Below are positions 56,401 through 64,000 of a DNA stretch of 64,000 nucleotides, in pieces. How positions within the stretch are numbered: the first letter of the stretch is position 1; each line of letters begins with the position of its first letter. Source of the stretch: Bugula neritina (lineage: Eukaryota; Animalia; Bryozoa); the NCBI GenBank assembly GCA_964035545.1, contig OZ037765.1:22753504-22817503 (forward strand), read 5' to 3'. Both the position numbers and the translations under genes were made by a program. A model generated the notes under the pieces. That model had not been told where the DNA came from and did not search any database. It saw only the letters and a program-made list of their open reading frames with translations.

Positions 56401-59400
56401 TATTATAACCAATTCACTGCACAACAGGTACACAGTATATTATAATCGGCTAAGACATCAGTATAAAATTCATCAGGCGGTAATTTTATTGGCTAGTTGG
56501 ATTCAATTATGAAATGCAAAGGTTAAAGGAGTTTTCCTTCAACTAGTTCAAACTTTGTTGTATGTGAAAGTTAGCTGAGGCTAAAATAACACCGCAGTGA
56601 GATTACAGCCTATTCTAAAGTCTAGACTCATTCTAGAGTCTAGACTCATGACTAAACTAAATACCAGCGAGTACTAGTTGTCTATGACGACCAACACAAA
56701 GCCAGATAGAAACACCATTATTACCTTATTTTTGCTTTCTGCGTCAGATGATGACTCATTTCTAGCTCTAGTAGTCATCTCAGTGAATTCTCCACCAGAA
56801 GTAACTGTTTCCCTAGAGAACAGATGAGTAAATGTAACTCTGTGGTAATTTATACAAAAAAATGCAGACATCACACAAGACTAAACATCTGAAACACTTG
56901 CAAAACCTGCTGAATTTCCTTTCGCATGCTTAATTTTTTTATTTGAAAACTCCAACTGCACCCAATGTCCAATAGGTTGAAATATTATCGAGCCGTATGA
57001 TATATTATTCTGTAACAAGTAACTTTCATTTGCATTTCTAGGCTGTGTGCTTTTGTCAGCCATTAAAACTTATAAAACAAAAACTAAAACCACTCTAAAG
57101 TTGCAGTTTGAAAATCTAAAATTCAAAATTAAGAGAGACACTGTATTACACTACATTACATACATAACTTGGCTTCAATTTATGCATGCTGTGGGAGGCA
57201 CAACATAAAATATGGTGATGACATATGCAGCTATTTATTCTCCAATTCAAACAAGACAGAGTCTACCATTTTAACTGAAATTTCTTGCAGTCATGATAGA
57301 AGATTAATAATTAAAAGAACCGATTAGCGTCCCTATTGGTACTTAGCACGCCAGTTTATAACATAGAACACATCAATGAAAACATCTTAATCAGAAAATA
57401 TTGTCTGCATACAGCCTATATTACACATAGGTGCTATTAGCATGTCAAAACTGCACCTTATTTCTCTTTAATGTTGCAGCTAAGTTTTCTCGTTTCAGTA
57501 GAAACATTGTAACAAAGCGACATGGAATATTCACCACATTATATATAACAAAGCCCATCTAGAACTTCATACCTATTCTTGAGACGAATACTTGTTCGAG
57601 TTTTTGATGACTGGGTGGGTGAAGTGGACGGATTCACATTAGACTTCACAGGTGAAGCTACAAGCTTTCCCTTTGGCCAGATCTTTGAATTTTGAGTGTC
57701 GTTTTTAGCACTAGATGTTAAAAAATAAACAAAATTAATTACAAGAAATGATGTAATGAATGTGGGGAGATTGGTATGGATTGTGAGTTAATAATAAAGT
57801 ACCGAGAGTGCATGTTTGGTCTCAACTTCCTCGGCGTGGATGTCTCTTCACAACCTGCATCTATTGAAGTCACAACTTTGGAATGATCATTCGGTGATTT
57901 CTCATCTGTAAACAAAGAATGTTGAATGCTACATGATGTTATTATAAATTAGAATAACCGACAAAATCTGAGATAAACAAAATGAATTGCGTATACATAT
58001 TTTTTATTGCAAAAAAAATTACAAGAGACACAATTTTCTTCAAATGGTTCTAGGAAATTATGGACCCTAAAACTTGTATTCAAGCACAACTATTCAAATA
58101 TATTATGTATTAAAAAACAAGAAAATTGTTAATAGACAGAATGCCCACCCACCATACTCTACTGATTCTATTAAGTTCCGTTTCACCAAGTTGGGAGTTT
58201 TCCCCTCTCCAGAAGTCTGGGCTTTATTCACGCTGTGAGCACCAGCTGTTGGACTGCGCTGTATTAGCACTACTGGCTGATTTTCTGTAGCTTTCAATTT
58301 CTCAGCAAAGGAATTTTTTGAGTTAGACTTCATTTTAAGTTGGTTTTCTATCCTGGAAGGAGCAACGAAAACACAGAATAAGATAAACGCTAAAGAAGTA
58401 TTAAAACTCACGTCGACGGAGAATATGAAAATTTAAAAAACAACTTACCACATAGAGGAAGTAACTTTAGATTATTAAAGGCTGACTTACAAAAAAAGCT
58501 AAACTAAACATTGATAATATTGCTGATATGTTACTTGGTGTATAATATCTAGAGTGACTACAAAGATTATAACTAACTAAAATTAAAAGATTTTAAAGAA
58601 TTTTAAATAATAAATTAATAAGAATGCTCATAAAGATGAAAACCAGAATAAATTCATATAACAAGTTGATGAGAATGAGACCAATTAAGATCATTTTGAC
58701 GTTTGCCTTTTATCTTAAGCATTCTGGGCTACTTGCAAGATGCAGCAATTTTCAATCGGCAAGAATTGAGTAACAGCACGTCCTTATTAAATATGCTATG
58801 AAGTATGAACAGAACTTATTAGCGTAGGTCTTCCGCCAGTAACACTTTAACATACTATTGGAAAGTTTGTGATCAACTAAATTTACAAGTCATGAACAGA
58901 TGTGCAACAGAAATATACTTTTTGGGATTGGAGACTGCAGAGGTGTCAGTTTAATGCAGTTTATAAGGCTAAAAAACATCGTTTTGGACATTTTACCTTC
59001 TTGCACTGCTTTCACAGTGTATAAAAATATGTTAGATGAAATAAAAAAATCCTAGGTTTTAATAATGCTAGCAGACCTGCACATAGTTGCGCATCAACAC
59101 TTTGAGAATTGTCTGCCCTACACCATTTAACCCAATACAATATAAACTATCTTGATACAGTAGAAGTAGTAGTTACCGGGAATTCACGCTTGAGCGCATC
59201 TTTCTTGGGGAAGACAATTCATCACTACTAAAATGGTACGGATCCGTTGAGTCAGCCATTCTCTTACGAGGTGATGTTCTAGTATCAGCTTGAACTCCTC
59301 TTTGCTCTGTAAGTCATACAAGCCATGAGTTTACTCAATCTACTCACATGCAATTCAAAAAGTATGCAATTAAAGTAATACCAAACATTGTACCATTTCT

Positions 59401-62400
59401 TTTACTGATTCTATCAAACTTTTTCTGGTAGCTAGAATTCACTGACTTACTTATATTATCGTCAGCGGCAGCTGCAGACTTGTGCCTCGACCTCGTAGCA
59501 GATTTGCTTCCAGAAGCTTCTAATCTGTCAGCAATGCTTCGTCTTGCAATGGACTCCTTGCACACCGGTTCTCGGTGGTGGCTGCGATTGGGGTTGGCAG
59601 ACGAAGCTCTTCTACGACCAGATTGAGGTGTGCAATTCTCTACGTCAATCAGTTGGACTTCTAAAACAGAAAGTTTAGTGGTTGACAGCTATAAGCAGCA
59701 GTACTGAACAGTTCACAATCTAATGAAATAATTAGGAGAAGATAACTCACTAGCAGAAGACTTCTTAGTTTTCCCCTTAGTGTTTGGAGTGTGTTGAAGC
59801 GAGCCAGCAGATTGTCTGTTCAATAAATCTATAAATATAATACAATTATGTAATCAACTATCCAATGAAGCTTATATTGTATTGACTAAAGGGTAAGTAA
59901 CTCTACAAGATTCTAAACCATCACATTGGAAGTGAACTTAAGTAAATGCAATAAAAATGCATTGTTTAAGGTTGACATGTGTCATACTCGAAAAAAAAAC
60001 ACAGTGTAGCTTTAGTGCTTCTGTTAACAGTTCTGATGAAGTAGATTTAGAGTTGACCACCCTTGCCTCTGATTATATGGCATTGAGTTGGCAGTAGAAT
60101 CGTAGGCTATTAGCTGCTCCACTGAGCTGCTAACTTTATGGTCTTCAAACAGCTGAGTGGGTTTCAACTCAACTGTTGAGCTCTGCAATATCACGCTACT
60201 CCAAAAGCACTGCTGTAACTAGTGCTAGGCACGCTGTTAGTTCCAACTACCAGGCACCTGCAGGCACCTGCTTTCTTGTATTGCAGGCAGCAAAGGAGGT
60301 GAATTTGGAAGCTTAGAATGTCAAAATTATAACTCAATAGTTAACCTACATACATATTTGTAGAGTAAATTCACACATGTAATTCATTTTAAAATAAAAA
60401 ATGCTGTTAGCAGGAAATTATTACCAACGTGTTTTCAACTAATCATTTACTCAACATACAAAATCTAACCAGCAAATTCGAGATAAATCAACTTTAGTTA
60501 CTTGTAAAGTCTAGTGATTTGAAGCAGATTTGAACTCTAAAAAAATCCATTAGAAGTTTCTGCCACGGTGAATTCATCTCAGGTAACTATTACCTTTGTT
60601 TTTGGAAGCTGTCCTCATTGACCTTCTCAGACTCTCAGAAAAGATATCATCCAAGTCATCTGATTCTATGCATAATTTAGGACGCATATCATCAACAGTG
60701 TGAAATAGTGATGACAAATTCATTCAATGTAATATGCAACGCTAATTATATCAAAAACGCCTTAAAACTTTACCAAAACAACAAAATTAAAAAAATATTT
60801 TACACATATTTTATGAAATAATGAGCAGTTTCAAGAGCACAAATTTGACTAAACACGTAAATGATCATGAGAGAAGAGAAAGTTTCAACAAACTGAGTCC
60901 AAACTGATTAGCTCATTTGGTGATTCATCTTTGTAGATATGTATGAATAATAAACTCACGGGAGCCTTCTTCATTGTCAGTAGAAGTTAAATCAACAAGT
61001 GGACCACTTTTCTTAGAAACCGCAGGAGTGGATGGTATGATATTTTGGCGTGTATTACGGCGCTGGGGACTGACATCCAACTATAGCAAATATATTATCT
61101 TATTAAAATCCAATGTTACTGGCAGAACGAATACTCTTGTGTTATGCTTTGCAGCACCCTTTGAGAAGTATTTACAGTAATAACCCCACTTCACACAAAA
61201 TCTCAATCTTAAGATGGTATGATAGTATCAAACTATCACTGCGTTTTCATGATTCGAATGAATGCCCGTACAGATAGATTTGTGGTTGCGGTTTGTATCA
61301 ACTTATGGTTTTAGTTTCATTCCATGCAACTTTTCCCAAACATCGAATAAAAAATTTATTCACATAATGCGAAGCAATGGAAACGCAGTGATTTTGCAAT
61401 TAGCAAGAGTATAATTGTCAAAATTGGAAATGTTTTTATTGAAAGAAGAAACGAAGTTACCTTACGGCCAGTAAGCTTGTATTGAAACAATGGTTGAATG
61501 TCTTTCTTGGCAAGAGGGACAACTCTGTAACCATTGTAACCGGACTTGAAGTAGAAACTGGTGAGGTCATTTGATTCAAGGTCATCCGCATGTTTCTACA
61601 CAACAACACTAGCAAACTTCATATCAATTAGTATCTCAATTTTTAAAAGTATGATGTGTTAACTCATAAACATTCTGAAAAAGACCTACATTTACAATAA
61701 TTTATAATAAATATTTATAGTAATTTACAACATATTCACACATGATAAGAAAGTGTGTGCGTCCACGAGTGCACTTTCACAACTATGTCAGCACTGATCT
61801 AGCGAGCCAAGTCATAACATTTAAGTTATCCTCAACACAAACTTTAATATTCCTCACATAATACTAAATAAAATGAAGCTTATTTTCTTTAATGATAGAT
61901 AAATCATTGATCAGTTTTATGATATAATTTGAAGAACAGACCACAAGACATAAATATTGTATATCAGCAGCGAGCACAGTGTAGTAGCCATCTTTTGTTT
62001 CCCGTTTATCCATTATCAGTTCACGGGCATCGTGCTTCAAGCCTCGGACATCTCCTTGCCTCAAGAACTTGGTGACATAGGCTACGGTGGTGGTGTGATA
62101 TCTGGAGACTAAACACACACAGGATCACATTAAGAGTAGAAGATCATAATCCACTTGTGTACTGCATCACATGATGCGCCTTAGTAATTCAACTCCATCA
62201 ACACAAGTAATGTACAGTACATATAGAGCATGTTGACTGTCTACTCATTTGCTATAAGCAATGTAAGCGTACTTGTTAAATAAATACAGCATCTAAATTT
62301 GAAAATTCAAGTAAAATATATGCAAATATGGATATTCGCACTAAACAGCATTATATAAAAATTTCGTTTACCACTATCTTAATCATGCCTAGGCTTGAGT

Positions 62401-63546
62401 TGTAAAATATTTACCAAGTATGTTAATTATACTATCTTTGCAAACTAGAAGCATAATTGTATCATTGTCAAATTCTACTTATGACCAAGGTTACCTGACA
62501 TCTCTATTCAAACAGAATCCTCAGAACCCTGCATTCATAATTATAATTGTCTTTTATAAGAAAACATTTAATAAATTGAGTTTGGAAAATAGAACTTGGT
62601 ATTCATAGTGACTACGAACCTTTATCGTGAAAGGACTCTATGCGCCCCACAAAACCATCATCAGAGGTTTGGTGAATTTCTTTTATAAACACAAAGTCAC
62701 CAATAGAATACTTGTCTTTACCAACATGACATGACCTGTAATTTACAAAAATCATCAGAAATGCAAACAAAATTATTTGTAGCATATATAAAAGTATAAA
62801 TTCAATCAATTTTATTTAAATTATGTAAATGAAGTTACAACACTTGAACTATTTAAAAAAAAGTAATGCCACTAATGCTAATGGTAGTACTAGTAACTAG
62901 TAGCAGAAAACAAAAAAATGAACTAAGACTCTAAGTTAAGTATGTTATGAACCAGCATAACATTAAACATTCATTCAATACAGTATACACTCGCCCTGAA
63001 TATGCATATAAAAAAATTACATAATCACTAAATTGATTTTATTTGTTACTACTATAGATCTACTCAAACTCAATGCTACTATAAAATTAAATATAGTATA
63101 GTAGCATTGAGTTCGAGTAGATAAAATATAGTAAATTATGTTGATAGATAAATTATTATAAATAATAATATAAATAAATATAATGATAATTTGTAATGTG
63201 CATATACCATTACATAATTGATATAGAATAGTAAATAAACTTAGAGTTAAACTTAAAGTATCACTATCCCGTATCCGTCAAACTGAAACTCAAACTCAAA
63301 GTTAATGTGAATGTAATTCACTTAATCATTCACTTTCACTTTCAGTGTGAATATGGGTCTAACTATTAGAGTAGTACCGTACATATAAGTTTTCGTATAG
63401 TAAAATACTTATTATTATTATAAGACTAAGACTAAGAGTATGTCTTACCGAAAAAAATTGGTTGAACTTGAAGGTTCAGAGTCAGAATGAGAATGACCGT
63501 GGACTTGGAGTGGTCGTTGAGTTTGAGACTCAAATTGACTTGCCAT
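50408..63546 (-). CDS. ORC1: Origin recognition complex subunit 1 (BAH domain, long disordered linker, AAA+, winged helix)
   Basis: BAH exons (62620-62735, 61942-62108); [25 protein letters not shown]; Walker [12 protein letters not shown]; Walker B LLVDELD; [21 protein letters not shown]; SGDARRAL; C-terminus [15 protein letters not shown] at 50408. Exon 1 (63449-63546, phase 2) splices in frame to exon 2. Confidence 0.96.
55385..55490. repeat. Imperfect inverted repeat, 49-bp arms with 8-nt loop (foldback/MITE relic)
   Basis: 55385-55433 cctatgtttttctcaattatctagttaatttggatttgcggaccgtcac versus reverse complement of 55442-55490 cccatgtttttcttaattatttagcgaatttagatttgcggatggtcac. Confidence 0.85.
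61237..61390. mobile_element. Small MITE with CACTG...CAGTG termini (CMC/EnSpm-like) in an ORC1 intron
   Basis: Left end cactgcgttttcat, right end atggaaacgcagtg (13/14 complementary, with weaker similarity further inward); AT dinucleotide on both flanks. Confidence 0.6.
63058..63122. repeat. Near-perfect hairpin, 26-bp arms with 13-nt loop, ORC1 intron 1
   Basis: atctactcaaactcaatgctactata (63058-63083) / tatagtagcattgagttcgagtagat (63097-63122); one mismatch. Confidence 0.9.
63235..63545. repeat. 6-nt-period mosaic array, ORC1 intron 1 and exon 1
   Basis: ttaaa-c-ttaaa-g (63247-63258), tcaaa-c-tcaaa-g (63290-63301), tttca-c-tttca-g (63334-63345), taaga-c-taaga-c-taaga-g (63421-63438). Confidence 0.82.
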
Positions 63547-63718
63547 TGGAACTAGGTTCTTTAGTTATGATTTTATTATAAGTTTTAGTTTAGTATTGTC
63601 TACAAAATTGCAAAACCCATTATACCAACGATTGTTTTTATCTGAAAATACTGAATTAGTATTGCTATTAAACTCGGTTTCAATGAAATGAAAATAGATT
63701 CTTGTAATTATAATAACG

Positions 63719-63808
63719 TCTCCCGCCACTAACCACGTGATAATCACGTGTTATAAACTAAATCTTTGATTCGAGAGACAAAACTATAACTTGCTTCACA
63801 TTGACGTC
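63719..63808. promoter_or_regulatory. ORC1 promoter motifs: E2F-like site, palindromic double E-box, CRE-like site
   Basis: tctcccgcc 63719-63727; cacgtgat-a-atcacgtg 63734-63750; tgacgtc 63802-63808. CpG-retaining patch 170-260 bp upstream of the ATG. Confidence 0.55.
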
Positions 63809-64000
63809 TCTTTGTTAAAAATCATCACCATATATGAACTTGCTGTAAACAAATTCTATTTCTCAACTTCTGTTGAACGGTTTATAAAATTACACTGTAC
63901 CTGTGTACCATTTATGCAGTTGCAGTGAGTGTGACTCTCAGTCAGTGAAAGTGGTTTGATCAGCACGAGTTCATGTTTCTTCACCTTTGAAATTATAGCT

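Noticed and set aside
60050-60310. GC-richer intronic patch in ORC1 with a 10-bp duplication (caggcacctg x2)
   Set aside because: Stops in all three minus-strand frames; neighbouring exons splice in frame without it; no RNA family recognised.
581-63546. Four co-oriented genes with short gaps (possible operon / SL trans-splicing)
   Set aside because: Three genes show their own promoter-like CpG patches and 5' arrays; co-orientation of four genes is easily chance; no transcript evidence.
1-64000. Scattered TACAGTA/TACTGTA heptamers as Tc1 excision footprints
   Set aside because: Several are expected by chance at this AT content and I could not count them rigorously.

Overview
AT-rich, CpG-poor, intron-rich eukaryotic DNA from an invertebrate animal (lineage not determinable from this window). 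It holds four complete multi-exon genes, all on the minus strand: FAM193A-like (581-17912), a type II membrane carboxylesterase with neurotactin-like architecture and an apparently intact catalytic triad (19359-27734), ABTB2/BTBD11-like (histone fold-ankyrin-BTB; 32687-41251) and ORC1 (50408-63546). Mobile DNA includes a full-length, coding-dead Tc1 (DD34E) transposon with perfect TIRs, two oppositely oriented copies of a TA-flanked MITE inside FAM193, a CAC..GTG MITE, two intronic hairpins and a tRNA-derived relic. The most unusual signal is that the 5' ends of three genes carry dense, nested 6-nt-period arrays following the rule '5-bp duplication separated by one C or G'. They resemble stacked, frame-preserving insertion/excision footprints and extend into the first coding exons of ORC1 and FAM193. 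Exon boundaries were read by eye; no database searches were run.
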